Shown here piece by piece: positions 1 to 10,193 of a DNA stretch of 37,239 bases. The stretch comes from Gemmatimonadota bacterium (lineage in GTDB: Bacteria > Gemmatimonadota > Gemmatimonadetes > Longimicrobiales > Gaopeijiaceae): NCBI GenBank assembly GCA_039589315.1, contig JBDHHQ010000065.1, positions 1 to 37,239 on the forward strand. Direction: 5' to 3'. Numbering within the stretch: position 1 is the first letter of the stretch; each line of letters begins with the position of its first letter. Both the position numbers and the translations under genes were made by a program. The notes beneath the pieces are model-generated. The model was not told the origin of the DNA. It made no database searches and was given only the letters and a program-made list of their open reading frames with translations.

Positions 1-60
1 CAGCCCCGTTCGATTCCACACCCCCGTAGGAAGTAGGTTGTAGACACATCGGACCGGACA

Positions 61-85
61 GGTTCACGGGCGTCGACCGTGAACC
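61..85. other. 9-bp inverted repeat upstream of ADOP permease (hairpin or operator)
   Basis: GGTTCACGG-N7-CCGTGAACC. Confidence 0.4.
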
Positions 86-115
86 GGAGTGCTCCCCAAG
101 TCCAGGCAGTTGACC

Positions 116-2614
116 ATGATCGTGGACGCTCTCCGTGACGTGAGGTATGCGATCCGTTCGTTCGCCCGGCGCCCGCTCTTCACGGGTGTGCTCCTGCTGA
201 CGCTAGCGCTGGGAATCGGCAGCAATGTGGCGATGTTCAGCGTCGCGAACGCGGTGCTCTTCCGCGCGCTGCCGTTCACCAATCCGGAAGAGCTGGCCTT
301 CGTATGGACCCGGCTACCGGCCACGAACGTCGAGCGGACCCTGGTTTCCGGGCCGGACCTCCAGGACTACGTCGAGGCAACCTCGCTCTTCCAGGGCTTC
401 GCCGGTGCGATCGCTCTTTCCGGCACGCTTACGGGGGACGGACAGGCGGAGCAGGTCACGAATGGGTACACGACCTGGAACCTGTTTCACCTGCTCGGCA
501 TCACACCGGTCGTGGGCCGGAACTTCACCGAGGACGACCCCTTCCCGATCGACCCCGAGATGTTCGGAAGCCCGAACCCCGACTTGCCGCCGGGAACGGT
601 CATCCTGAGCCACGCCCTCTGGCAGCGTCGGTACGGCGGCGACCCCTCGGTCATCGGACGCACGATCATCATGGACGGCTTCGGCTCGGTCGTTGCGGGT
701 GTGCTGCCGCCGGACTTCCGAATCTATCTGCCGGCCGACGCGGCGATGCCACCAGACGTCGACCTTTGGGGCGTCATGCCGAGCAACATCGGCGAATTCG
801 CCCGGGACGCGCCGTGGCTCACCGTCGTCACACGCTTGAAGCCAGGGGTGACGGAGGCACAGGCGCAGCAGGAAATGGACGCGCTGGCTGCGCGCCTCCG
901 GGACGCGCACCAGTTCCACGCCAACCAGAACATGCAGATCGTGGTGAGCGGCATGCACGAGGACGTGGTGAGTCACGCACGGCCCGCGCTGCTGGCGCTC
1001 CTCGGAGCGGTCGGATTCGTGCTTCTGATCGCCTGCGCCAACATCGCCAATCTCTTGCTGGTCCGCGCGACTGGGCGAGGCCGCGAAATCGCCGTGCGGG
1101 CGGCCATCGGCAGCGGCCGAGGGCGGATCGTCCAACAGATGCTCACCGAGAGCGTGGTGTTGGCTGCGGGTGGTGCCCTCCTCGGGGTCCTGCTGGCCTG
1201 GTATGGATCCCGGCTGATCACGGCGCTTAGCCCTGGAAATCTGCCGCGCCTCGACGAGGTCGCGATCGACGGTCAGGTGCTCGCGTTCACAGCGGGCGTG
1301 GCGGCGCTGGCAGCGGTCGTCTTCGGCCTCGCGCCGGCTCTCCGAGCAGTGGGTGGCAACCTCGCCGACGCGCTCAAGGATCGAGGGAGCGACGGGAGCG
1401 GCGTGCAGGGCAACAAGCTGCGGACCGGGCTCGTCGTGACGGAAGTGGCGCTGTCCCTGGTCCTGTTGGTGGGGGCCGGCCTGATGCTTCGCAGCTTCGC
1501 CAGCCTTCAGGAAGTGGAGCCCGGGTTCGATTCGGAAAACGTCGTGACGTTCACGGCGCCGGTCCAATTCATGAAGTACTACACAGCCGCGGCCCGTGCG
1601 AACTTCGCGGGCGAGCTGGGCTCGCGGCTGAAGCAAATCCCCGGTGTGGAGAGCGTCGGTGGCGTGACGCCTCTCCCATTGGCCGGCGGGGAACAATACT
1701 CCGTCGGCTCCTACGGTCGGATCGGAGATCCGGACGACGTCTACCAGGCCAACAAGGCCGACTACAAGGCGGTTCTTCCGGGCTACTTCGAGACGATGAA
1801 GATCGAGCTGGTGTCGGGTCGTACCCTACTGCCGGCGGACAACGAGGCGGACGCGCTCGACGTCGCGGTCATCGATCAGAAGCTCGCCGAGCGCCTGTTC
1901 GGCGACGAGGATCCGCTGGGCAAGGAGCTCCTCGTCGACCACTTCAACGAGGAGACCTTCTCTTTGGAGCGAGGCACCGTTCAGGTCGTGGGCGTGGTGG
2001 CCAACGTGAGGTCGGCGTCCCTGGCCGCCGAGGGGCGCGAGACGGTCTACGTGCCCTACATCTTCGGCCCGTGGCTGCCCATCACCTACGTCGTACGAAC
2101 CGCGGCCGAGCCGGCACAGGTCATGTCGCGGATTCGTGAGGAGGTGGTGGCTCTGGATCCTGATGTGCCGGTCTCCGGAGTGGCCACCCTCGAGTCGTAT
2201 GTTTCGAACGCCATGACGCCGACTCGCTTCATCCTCGCACTCATCGGCGTGTTCGCCGGTCTCGCTTTGGTGCTCGCATCCCTCGGGCTGTACGGTGTGC
2301 TCTCGTATTCGGCACGACAGCGAACCAGGGAGATCGGCGTCAGGGTTGCGTTCGGCGCAGCCGAGCGAGACGTCGTGCGTCTCGTTCTGGGTCAGGGCCT
2401 GGTCGTCTCGATGGCCGGCATTCTGATCGGGCTCTTCGCCGCCTTCGCCCTGACCCGGGTCATGAACAGTGTGCTCGTGGGTGTGAGCTCCACGGACGCG
2501 ATCACGTTCGGCGGTGTGCCGTTGCTCCTGCTGACCGTCGCAGTCGTGGCGTCGTACGTGCCTGCTCGCCGGGCGAGCCGCGTCGATCCGGTCGAGGCCC
2601 TACGGGAGGAGTGA
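116..2614 (+). CDS. ABC transporter permease, ADOP family (duplicated MacB periplasmic + FtsX domains)
   Basis: Typical start MIVDALRDVRYAIRS; LALGIGSN, LLIACANIANLLL, REIAVRAAIG, LYGV..Y...QRTREIGVRVAFGA, PARRASRVDP motifs. ATG 116 preferred over GTG 89. Confidence 0.92.
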   Translation: MIVDALRDVRYAIRSFARRPLFTGVLLLTLALGIGSNVAMFSVANAVLFRALPFTNPEELAFVWTRLPATNVERTLVSGPDLQDYVEATSLFQGFAGAIALSGTLTGDGQAEQVTNGYTTWNLFHLLGITPVVGRNFTEDDPFPIDPEMFGSPNPDLPPGTVILSHALWQRRYGGDPSVIGRTIIMDGFGSVVAGVLPPDFRIYLPADAAMPPDVDLWGVMPSNIGEFARDAPWLTVVTRLKPGVTEAQAQQEMDALAARLRDAHQFHANQNMQIVVSGMHEDVVSHARPALLALLGAVGFVLLIACANIANLLLVRATGRGREIAVRAAIGSGRGRIVQQMLTESVVLAAGGALLGVLLAWYGSRLITALSPGNLPRLDEVAIDGQVLAFTAGVAALAAVVFGLAPALRAVGGNLADALKDRGSDGSGVQGNKLRTGLVVTEVALSLVLLVGAGLMLRSFASLQEVEPGFDSENVVTFTAPVQFMKYYTAAARANFAGELGSRLKQIPGVESVGGVTPLPLAGGEQYSVGSYGRIGDPDDVYQANKADYKAVLPGYFETMKIELVSGRTLLPADNEADALDVAVIDQKLAERLFGDEDPLGKELLVDHFNEETFSLERGTVQVVGVVANVRSASLAAEGRETVYVPYIFGPWLPITYVVRTAAEPAQVMSRIREEVVALDPDVPVSGVATLESYVSNAMTPTRFILALIGVFAGLALVLASLGLYGVLSYSARQRTREIGVRVAFGAAERDVVRLVLGQGLVVSMAGILIGLFAAFALTRVMNSVLVGVSSTDAITFGGVPLLLLTVAVVASYVPARRASRVDPVEALREE

Positions 2615-2963
2615 GGCTGGAGAGGGGCGGAGAGGTCGTCGACCCCAACGACGTCCGGGCAGCTGTGTCATTCGGCCACTCACTGCCGCTCCGCGAGTTG
2701 GAGCCGTTGTAGGACCAACGGCTCGTCCCAGGCGCCGGCCGCGGCCTCGTTCGGATCTGCGGCGACCCGTCCAAGCCAGTATGGGCTGGACCTGGCAAGC
2801 GGGAGTCGAGTGGGGTGGGAGGCAAGACATCCGGATCGACGTCGCAGATCAGGGCGTCCCGGGAGCCAACGCGAAGGCCTGGCTGCCCCGGGATCCACCT
2901 CCTATCGTGCTGTTTCGTCCAACGGGGCATCAGGCATCCCATCCTCCCGACACGCAGGGGGTC

Positions 2964-4355
2964 ATGATGAGCAGCCGAATCGTGCTGAGATTGAGCGTCC
3001 TGCTGGCGATCGCGCTGGGTCCACACCAGCTGCGAGCCGGTGCCGCACAGGATCCCGAGCGTGACCAGGAGCTGTTTCAGACCGTTGATCGGAATCGGGA
3101 GTCGCACGTCCAGTTCCTGCAGAGCCTGATTCGCGCCCAGCCGGATGGTGAGGAGGCCGTCCAGGCGTTGGTGACCGCGCGGTTCGAAGAGCTGGGTCTG
3201 GAGGTCGAGACGCTGAGGCTGCTGCCCACCAACCTCAGCCTCAATCTCGAGTTCGCCGCGGAAGAGGCCATCGACATGACCGAACGGATCAGCGTGATGG
3301 GGCGACTGCCGGGAACCGGATCCGGCAAGAGCATGCTGTTCTTCGGCCACCCCGACGGAATGCCTATCACGCCTGAATCTGTGGCGGATTGGGAGCACGA
3401 CCCGTTCACGGCCGAGGTGGACGATGGTCGGCTCTACGGGTGGGGTGTCGCCGACGACCTGGCCGGTGTGGCCATCATGGCCGAGGCGGTCGCAGCGGTG
3501 CTCGAGACGATCGGGACTCCGCGCGGCGACATCCTGCTCGCCAGCACGCCCGCCAAGCGCAACGCGCGCGGCATACTCGGCCTGTTGAATCAAGGCTATG
3601 ACGCCGACGCCTCGGTGTACTTGCATCCCGCCGAGTCCGAGAAGGGACTCCGGGACATCAAGGCGATCACCTCGGGCATGCTGCAGTTCCGGGTCACGGT
3701 GCAGGGCAGGGCCCCTGACACCCCTGAGCCCGGGCACACCGCCTTCACCCATATGGCCATCAACGCGGTCGACAAGGCCGACCTGGTGCTGGGTGCGCTC
3801 AGCGAGCTCGGCGAGCTCCGAGCGGGTCGGGTGCATCATCCTGCGCTCGATGCTGCGGTAGGTCGTTCGACCAACTTGCTGATCAGCCACGTGTCTTGTG
3901 GCACCGAGGGCAGAACGACGAAGGTACCGACCGATTGCGTGATCGAGGCGTCGACCACGTTCCCGCCGAATGAACGGATGCCTGAGGTTCGGCAGGAGAT
4001 TCTGGATGCGCTCGAGCAGGCCGCGAAAGGAGACGACTGGCTGAAGGACAACCCACCGGTGGTCGATTGGCTGTTCGGCACCCAGGGCGTGGAGGTGCCG
4101 AGCGATCATCCACTCTACCAGACGGTCCACCACGCGGTCGTCGAGGTCACGGGTGTCGAGCCCGAGGTGAATCCGTTGCACTCGGCGAGCGACATCAGGA
4201 ATCCGACGCTCTTCAGCGATATCCCTTCGGTCGGTATCGGGCCCCTGGCTGGAGATCTCACGCAGGCTGGCGGGCACGACGAGTGGGTGGACGTCGACGA
4301 CTACATCCGCGCGATCAAGATCTGCGCCAAGATCATTGTCGACTGGAGCAACTGA
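2964..4355 (+). CDS. Secreted M20 family (ArgE/DapE-like) metallo-hydrolase with atypical active-site motifs
   Basis: Signal peptide MMSSRIVLRLSVLLAIALG; GHPD, W.HDPF, LYGWGVADD, INAV, DEWV motifs; GGGG before ATG 2964. Confidence 0.8.
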   Translation: MMSSRIVLRLSVLLAIALGPHQLRAGAAQDPERDQELFQTVDRNRESHVQFLQSLIRAQPDGEEAVQALVTARFEELGLEVETLRLLPTNLSLNLEFAAEEAIDMTERISVMGRLPGTGSGKSMLFFGHPDGMPITPESVADWEHDPFTAEVDDGRLYGWGVADDLAGVAIMAEAVAAVLETIGTPRGDILLASTPAKRNARGILGLLNQGYDADASVYLHPAESEKGLRDIKAITSGMLQFRVTVQGRAPDTPEPGHTAFTHMAINAVDKADLVLGALSELGELRAGRVHHPALDAAVGRSTNLLISHVSCGTEGRTTKVPTDCVIEASTTFPPNERMPEVRQEILDALEQAAKGDDWLKDNPPVVDWLFGTQGVEVPSDHPLYQTVHHAVVEVTGVEPEVNPLHSASDIRNPTLFSDIPSVGIGPLAGDLTQAGGHDEWVDVDDYIRAIKICAKIIVDWSN

Positions 4356-4824
4356 CCGGGTCTTGCGGCCGATCCGTCGAGCGGTCGAGATCACGATCGT
4401 AACCCTCTTTGCGGTGCTGACGATCGCCGTGTTCGCTCAGGTCGTCGCCCGATACGTGTTCAACCAACCCCCCGCCTGGACGGAAGAGCTCGCCCGCTTC
4501 TGTCAGGTATGGATTGTCCTGCTCACGTCCTCGATCTGCTTGCGCAAAGGCAGCCACCTGGCCGTCGACTATCTCGGGCCCACCCTGCCACCGGCAGCAC
4601 GAAGCGTGGTGGCTGTGATCACGGGTTGTCTGATCGCGCTCTACTCGGGGGTGGTAGTGATCTGGGGCATCCGCCTCCTGATGATCGGGTGGACCCAGAC
4701 CTCTCCCGCCATGCAGCTGAACATGGGGGTGGTGTATCTGGTGTTCCCGATCGCCGGCGGACTGATGTTGGTGGAATCGATCCTGGCGACGCTCAAACGC
4801 GCTCGAGCTTCGGAGGCGTCGTGA
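4336..4824 (+). CDS. dctQ: TRAP transporter small permease
   Basis: QVVARYVFN, WTEELARF, HLAVD motifs; four TM segments; start uncertain (TTG 4336 or 4363). Confidence 0.88.
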   Translation: MSTGATDRVLRPIRRAVEITIVTLFAVLTIAVFAQVVARYVFNQPPAWTEELARFCQVWIVLLTSSICLRKGSHLAVDYLGPTLPPAARSVVAVITGCLIALYSGVVVIWGIRLLMIGWTQTSPAMQLNMGVVYLVFPIAGGLMLVESILATLKRARASEAS

Positions 4825-6101
4825 TTCTGCTGGTGTTGATCATGCTCGCGCTGATCGTCATCGGCATGCCCGTGGCGTTTTCGCTCGGCGTGGGCGCACT
4901 GGGGGCGCTCCTCGCCGAGCCGAGTCTTCCGATCACGCTGGTCCCGCAGCGCATGTTCACCGCGCTCGACTCGTGGCCGATCATGGCGGTGCCCCTGTTC
5001 ATGCTGGCCGGAGGGCTGATGGACAAGGGAGGCATGTCGCAGCGGATCGTGGAGTTCGCATCCGCCTGTTTCAGCTTCGTGCGAGGAAGCCTCGGGATGG
5101 TGACGGTGATGGCCAGCATGGTGTTCGCCGGTATCTCGGGATCCTCGACGGCAGATACGGCCGCCGTTGGCTCGATCCTGCTGCCGGCCATGCGGCGCAG
5201 GGGTTACGACATGCGTTTCGCCGCCGCACTGCAGGCGGCCGCAGGCGCGATCGGTCCGGTCATACCGCCGAGCATCCTGATGATCGTGATCGGGTACGTG
5301 ACCGGAACCTCCGTGGCCCAGTTGTTCCTGGCGGGGGTCGTGCCGGGGGTGCTGATCGGGCTTGGCCTGATGGTGGTCGCCTATCGGCAAGCACTCAAGG
5401 AGGGACCGGAATTCGATGCCCCGGTGCCGTTCGATGTGCACGAGGTCCTGGCCACCGGAGTGAAGGCGCTCCCGGCGTTGGGACTGCCGGTGCTGATCGT
5501 GTTCGGGATTCTGGGAGGGGTATTCACCGCGACCGAAGCCGCTGCCGCAGCGGTCGTGTATGGTCTCGCGGTTGGGCTCTTCCTCTATCGCGAGATCGGC
5601 TTGCGCGATCTCCCGTCCATCGCACTCGAGGCAGCCGAAAGATCTTGCGTAGTGCTGTTCATCGCGGCGACGGCGATGCTGTTCGCCTGGCTGGTGGCGG
5701 TGCACCAGGTGCCGCAGGCCCTGGGGGCTCTGCTAGATGCCCACATCAGCGATCGCATCTTGTTCTTGATCTTCCTGAATGCGACCCTGCTCCTGATCGG
5801 CATGTTCCTCGAGAGCTTCTCGGCGGTCATCGTGTTCATGCCGATCTTGTTTCCGCTGGCGCTCGATTTCGGGATCGAGCCACTGCACTTCGGGATTCTG
5901 GCCACGGTGAACCTCTCCATCGGCTACATTACACCTCCGTACGGCGCCACGTTGTTCGTAGCCTGTGGGATCTCGGAGCAGAGCGTGCGAGACGTGAGCG
6001 GGCAGGTGGTGCCGATCTTGGTCGCCATGCTCATGGTGCTGCTGGTAGTGACTTACTGGCCCGACTCCGTGCTGTGGCTACCGCGGCTGGCCGCCCCGTG
6101 A
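4821..6101 (+). CDS. dctM: TRAP transporter large permease
   Basis: GMPVAFSLG, AVPLFMLAG, GISGSSTAD, IPPSI, FTATEAAA, ITPPYG; GTGA overlap with dctQ stop; SD GGAGG. Confidence 0.93.
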   Translation: MILLVLIMLALIVIGMPVAFSLGVGALGALLAEPSLPITLVPQRMFTALDSWPIMAVPLFMLAGGLMDKGGMSQRIVEFASACFSFVRGSLGMVTVMASMVFAGISGSSTADTAAVGSILLPAMRRRGYDMRFAAALQAAAGAIGPVIPPSILMIVIGYVTGTSVAQLFLAGVVPGVLIGLGLMVVAYRQALKEGPEFDAPVPFDVHEVLATGVKALPALGLPVLIVFGILGGVFTATEAAAAAVVYGLAVGLFLYREIGLRDLPSIALEAAERSCVVLFIAATAMLFAWLVAVHQVPQALGALLDAHISDRILFLIFLNATLLLIGMFLESFSAVIVFMPILFPLALDFGIEPLHFGILATVNLSIGYITPPYGATLFVACGISEQSVRDVSGQVVPILVAMLMVLLVVTYWPDSVLWLPRLAAP

Positions 6102-7150
6102 CCGGCCCGATCTTCGCGATGGTCAGCGCGTCGATCGCGCGGACGGCCGGTGCACGCTTGGGGAGGACGGCCAGAGCCAGGATCGCGGTTGCCGCCGCCC
6201 TGCTCATGGCCGCAGGATGCGGCTCGGGAGAGCGTATCACCATCCTGAAAGCTGCGCTCTCTCAGGCCCCGTCCGAGCCGCAGGTGCGCGCGGTCGAGCT
6301 GTTCGCGGATCTGGTCTCCGAGGGCACGGAAGGCCGCATTCGCGTGCAGGTCTACCCCAACAACCAGCTGGGCAATCAGCGAGACGTGGTCGAGGGGTTG
6401 CAGATGGGCAGTATCGAGCTGGCCAACGTCGCCAGCGTGATGGCCAGCTTCGTCCCCGAGATCAACCTCTTCGAGCTGCCGTTCCTGTTCGACGGGCCGG
6501 AGCACTTCGATGACGTGGTGGACTCGTCGATCGGGCAGAGCCTCGCGCCTGCATTCGAGCGCCGCGGGCTGCACCTGTTGGGCTACTTCGACGCGGGCGA
6601 GCGTCACATCATGACCACAGAGCGCCCGGTCGAGCGAGTGGAGGACTTGAGCGGTCTCAAGATCCGCACGATGGAGAACCGGTTGCACCTGGCCACCTTC
6701 AAGGCGTTCGGTTCGAACCCGCTGCCGATGGCGTACGGCGAGCTGTATACGGCCTTGGAGCAGGGGGTCATCGACGGCGCGGAGGCGGCGGACCCCAACT
6801 ACTTCGCCAAGCAATTCTACGAGCCGGCGCCCTTTTGGGCGCGAGTCGGTTGGATCAGACTGGTCGAATACGTGGTGATGAGTCGGTCGTTCTATGACGG
6901 CCTCTCGGCGGAAGACCGCGCGGTGATCGACCGCGCGGCGCGTGTCATGATCCAGCAGCAGAGGCTCTGGTATCGCGCGGAGGCCGATTCGGCGCTCGAG
7001 CGGCTGCGGGAGGAGGGTGTGAGCATCAGCAGCCCTGACAGAGAGCCCTTCCGAGCCGCGACGCGTGGTGTATACCGAGACTGGGCCGATCGAGTGGGTG
7101 GGATGACGACGATCGAAGCGATCCTGGAGCGGGGCGAGGGCCGCAGATAG
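6098..7150 (+). CDS. dctP: TRAP transporter substrate-binding protein, probably lipoprotein
   Basis: VYPNNQLG, LPFLF, GLKIRTM, ELYTALEQGVIDG; lipobox-like LMAAGC; GTGA overlap with dctM (ATG 6119 is an alternative start). Confidence 0.9.
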   Translation: MTGPIFAMVSASIARTAGARLGRTARARIAVAAALLMAAGCGSGERITILKAALSQAPSEPQVRAVELFADLVSEGTEGRIRVQVYPNNQLGNQRDVVEGLQMGSIELANVASVMASFVPEINLFELPFLFDGPEHFDDVVDSSIGQSLAPAFERRGLHLLGYFDAGERHIMTTERPVERVEDLSGLKIRTMENRLHLATFKAFGSNPLPMAYGELYTALEQGVIDGAEAADPNYFAKQFYEPAPFWARVGWIRLVEYVVMSRSFYDGLSAEDRAVIDRAARVMIQQQRLWYRAEADSALERLREEGVSISSPDREPFRAATRGVYRDWADRVGGMTTIEAILERGEGRR

Positions 7151-7233
7151 GCGCCGACGGATCGTTCGCGGGGGCGGCGTGCCCCGTGATTCGGTGCCGG
7201 TGAGATGACGAGAAGCCATCACAGGATTCATCA

Positions 7234-8274
7234 ATGGAATACAGAGTACTCGGCCGAACTGGCGTGAGGGTGTCGGCGTTGGCCCTGGGTACGGCGAACT
7301 TCGCCGACCCGACTCCCGAGGAGGAGGCGAAGCGGATCCTGAAGCGGGCGGTCGACGCCGGTATCAATCTGATCGACTCCGCCGACAGCTACGGAAGGGG
7401 GGAGACCGAACGGATCATCGGTCGGGCGTTGAAGGAAACCGGGCTGCGCAAGCAGATTCTGCTCACCACCAAGGTCTTTCCACCGACCGGACCCGGGCCC
7501 AACGACCGTGGCAACTCGAAGCTGCACGTCATACAGGCCTGCGAGGACTCTCTCGACCGGCTACAGACGGACTACATCGACGTCTACTTCATCCACCGGT
7601 TCGACCCCGATACCCACCAGGAGGAGACGCTGGCCGCGCTCGACGACCTGGTCAGGGGGGGTAAGGTCCGCTACGTGGCCTGCTCCACGCATCCCGCCTG
7701 GCGGGTCATGGAGGGGCTGGCCATCAGCGATCGGCGGGGGTATGCGCGCTACTGTTGCGAACAGCCCCCCTACAACCTGCTCGACCGGCGCATCGAGAAC
7801 GAGTTGGTGCCGCTCTGCCTCGAGCACGGACTGGGCCTCCTTCCATGGTCGCCCATCGCCCAAGGTGTGCTCACGGGCCGCTACGCGAATGCGAAGGCAT
7901 ACCCCGAGGACTCGAGAGCGGCGTACAGAGGTGGGATCTATGCGGAGAGGATCGACGAAGCCGGCGTCGACGTGGGCAGGCGGTTCGTGGCTCTTGCCGA
8001 GGAGGCGGGCATCCCGCCGATCCAGCTTGCCGTTCTCTGGGTAAAGGACCAACCGGGCATCACGGCACCCATCGTCGGCCCCCGCACCCTCGGCCATCTC
8101 GACGATCTCCTGCCTGTCGGTGACATGCAATTGAGCGACGACGTGCGGCGGGCCTGTGATGAGTTGGTCCCGCCGGGCGGCATGGTCACCAATTTCCATA
8201 ACTCAGCGGGGTGGGGGGCGCAGAGTCGGACGCTCGGGGTGGCGGACAGGGGGACCGTTCCGGCAACATCCTAG
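7234..8274 (+). CDS. Aldo/keto reductase
   Basis: [54 protein letters not shown]. Confidence 0.93.
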   Translation: MEYRVLGRTGVRVSALALGTANFADPTPEEEAKRILKRAVDAGINLIDSADSYGRGETERIIGRALKETGLRKQILLTTKVFPPTGPGPNDRGNSKLHVIQACEDSLDRLQTDYIDVYFIHRFDPDTHQEETLAALDDLVRGGKVRYVACSTHPAWRVMEGLAISDRRGYARYCCEQPPYNLLDRRIENELVPLCLEHGLGLLPWSPIAQGVLTGRYANAKAYPEDSRAAYRGGIYAERIDEAGVDVGRRFVALAEEAGIPPIQLAVLWVKDQPGITAPIVGPRTLGHLDDLLPVGDMQLSDDVRRACDELVPPGGMVTNFHNSAGWGAQSRTLGVADRGTVPATS

Positions 8275-9974
8275 CCGTAGACCTTCCGGAATCGCTCCCG
8301 CTCGTCGGCGCTGCCCAGCGCGACGAGCGCCGATCCCTTGGTCAACCGTCGGTCGGGCGGCGGATTCGCCACGATCTTGCCGTCCTCCTGGATGGCGACC
8401 ACCTGCAAGCCGGTGCCGGCTCCGATCCCCGCCTCCCTCAAGGTCTGGTTCGCCAGCGATGCGGGGACGGGAACGGAAAACAGATCCGCGCCTTCGCCCA
8501 GGATCACCAGCTCTCGCCCCTGCACGATGGAGAATACCGTCTGCACGCCGAAGGACGCGTAGCTGAGGACGAAGTCCGCCCCGGCGCGGCGCACCGCCTC
8601 GACGTTGCGCTGGTGAGTCACCCGCGTGAGGATCCTGGCCTCGGGGTTGAGCCGACGACAGTAGACGGTCAGGTAGATGTTCATCGCGTCGTCATGAGTC
8701 GTCAGGAGGACCGACGGTGCCTCCGCGATCCCCGCCCGGTCCAGGACCTCTCGGTCGGCAGCGTCCCCCAGAAAGAGCCGGTCCGGAATCCCCGTGAGCT
8801 TGGGTTCGAGCTCCCGGTTGCGTTCCACGATGTGGACGGGGACCCCTCTTCGCTTCAGGGCCTCCGCCGCGGCCCGCCCCACCTTGCCGCCTCCGATGAT
8901 GAGCACCGGATTGGGATTGGCGTCGTAGATCGCGAGCACTTCGTTGAGCTCCTCGATCTGCTCCGGCGTCCCGATCGCCACCGGCACGCAAAGCGGGCCC
9001 AGCTCGAGCTCGGGTCGGGCCGGGTGTAGGCGACCCTGGTCGGAAACGGCGACGATGGACACGCCGAGATACTCCCTGAGCCGAGTCTCCCGAACGGTCT
9101 GCCCCTGCATGGGGGTGTTGTGGACCGGGAATTCGGCCAGCACCAGGTCGTAGAACTTCCCGATCACGTTCGCGTGAGCAGTCCCGGCGCTCACCCGGTT
9201 GGACAGGTGCTCACCCAGCTTTCGCTTGAGAGGCAGGACGTACGAGGCGCCGCTCAGCTCGAGGACGTCGATCGAGTCGTCGGACTCCGCGACCGCCACG
9301 ACCGGCACCGATTCGGTCAGAGCGCGCACGGTCAGGACGATGTTCGAGTTCACGGTATCGGACGCGTTCGCCAGCACGAGTCGGGCCCGTTCGACGCCCG
9401 CCCGGCGGTACGTTTCGACCGAGTCGACGTCTCCCCACATCACGGGTAGCCCCACGTCCTGCATCCGCGTCGCGAGCTCGGCGTCGGGCTCGAGCACGTA
9501 GGCCTGCACCCCGGCGAGCTCCAGGCGGTGGACGAGTCCGACGGCGATCGGATCGTGGCTGCAGATCAGGACGTGGTCCTGGACGGCGGCGGGAACGCGC
9601 TGCAGCGCCCGAATCCGGCTCCGTCCCCGCTGTTCGAGCCACGGAGCATACACGTAGCGGATGAAGAGGAAGGGCAGGATGATCAGAAGCAGGAGGACGC
9701 CGCTCAACAGCACCACCGTGCTGAAGGCTCGACCGAGATCGCTCTCGAACGTGATGTCGCCAAACCCGAGGGTGCTCATGACGGTGAGCGCCCAGTAGAC
9801 ACCGGTGAACCACGAGTGGTCCTGGCCCTCCCACGCCATGATCACGTGGAAGAGCCAGCCGAACAGAAGGACGACCACGATCAACAGGACGACGTAGCGC
9901 GCGAACGGCATCAGTTGCCGCCGCAGGTTGTGGCCGGAGAGGAGCGCGGCCAGCTGTGAGCCGACGGTCTTCAT
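8271..9974 (-). CDS. 2-TM potassium channel protein with tandem RCK_N/RCK_C (TrkA) domains
   Basis: Pore [15 protein letters not shown] and [13 protein letters not shown] Rossmann folds; start MKTVGSQ at 9974. Confidence 0.88.
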   Translation of the reverse strand: MKTVGSQLAALLSGHNLRRQLMPFARYVVLLIVVVLLFGWLFHVIMAWEGQDHSWFTGVYWALTVMSTLGFGDITFESDLGRAFSTVVLLSGVLLLLIILPFLFIRYVYAPWLEQRGRSRIRALQRVPAAVQDHVLICSHDPIAVGLVHRLELAGVQAYVLEPDAELATRMQDVGLPVMWGDVDSVETYRRAGVERARLVLANASDTVNSNIVLTVRALTESVPVVAVAESDDSIDVLELSGASYVLPLKRKLGEHLSNRVSAGTAHANVIGKFYDLVLAEFPVHNTPMQGQTVRETRLREYLGVSIVAVSDQGRLHPARPELELGPLCVPVAIGTPEQIEELNEVLAIYDANPNPVLIIGGGKVGRAAAEALKRRGVPVHIVERNRELEPKLTGIPDRLFLGDAADREVLDRAGIAEAPSVLLTTHDDAMNIYLTVYCRRLNPEARILTRVTHQRNVEAVRRAGADFVLSYASFGVQTVFSIVQGRELVILGEGADLFSVPVPASLANQTLREAGIGAGTGLQVVAIQEDGKIVANPPPDRRLTKGSALVALGSADERERFRKVYG

Positions 9975-9980
9975 ACTGGA

Positions 9981-9986
9981 ATGGTA
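9981..9986 (-). promoter_or_regulatory. Putative -10 element (TACCAT) 6 nt before the K+ channel ATG
   Basis: Minus strand reads TACCAT-TCCAGT-ATG with no SD. Confidence 0.45.
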
Positions 9987-10193
9987 GCGCCCTGGGGGCT
10001 GGCGCGCCTCACTCGTGTTCGGAACCGAAGCCGTTGTGGGCGTCTGGCGGGGAGCTCGGGGACGGGGTTCGAGTTGATCTGGCTGGACGGGCCGGGGTCC
10101 CTCACGGGGCTCGGTTGGTCCATCGTGCAACCGGACCCGCGTCACTACCTTGAAGGGGCCCTTCAGGACCCAACGTACAGGCGAGGAAACGCA

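Noticed and set aside
1..30. GTTCGATTCC resembling a tRNA T-loop
   Set aside because: Flanks do not pair into a T stem and no acceptor end or CCA follows in register
2620..2700. Minus-strand GAGTGGCCGAA...GGGGTCGA...CCTCTCCGCC faintly like tRNA-Ser
   Set aside because: No TTC loop, anticodon arm or consistent cloverleaf
2502..4394. 630-aa minus-strand ORF
   Set aside because: Antisense shadow of the M20 gene in high-GC DNA; no recognisable motifs
4973..6097. Apparent long N-terminal extensions or fusions of dctP (also dctM, the PLP enzyme and ridA)
   Set aside because: Open alternative frames over the upstream gene; true starts are marked by GTGA overlaps or SD sites
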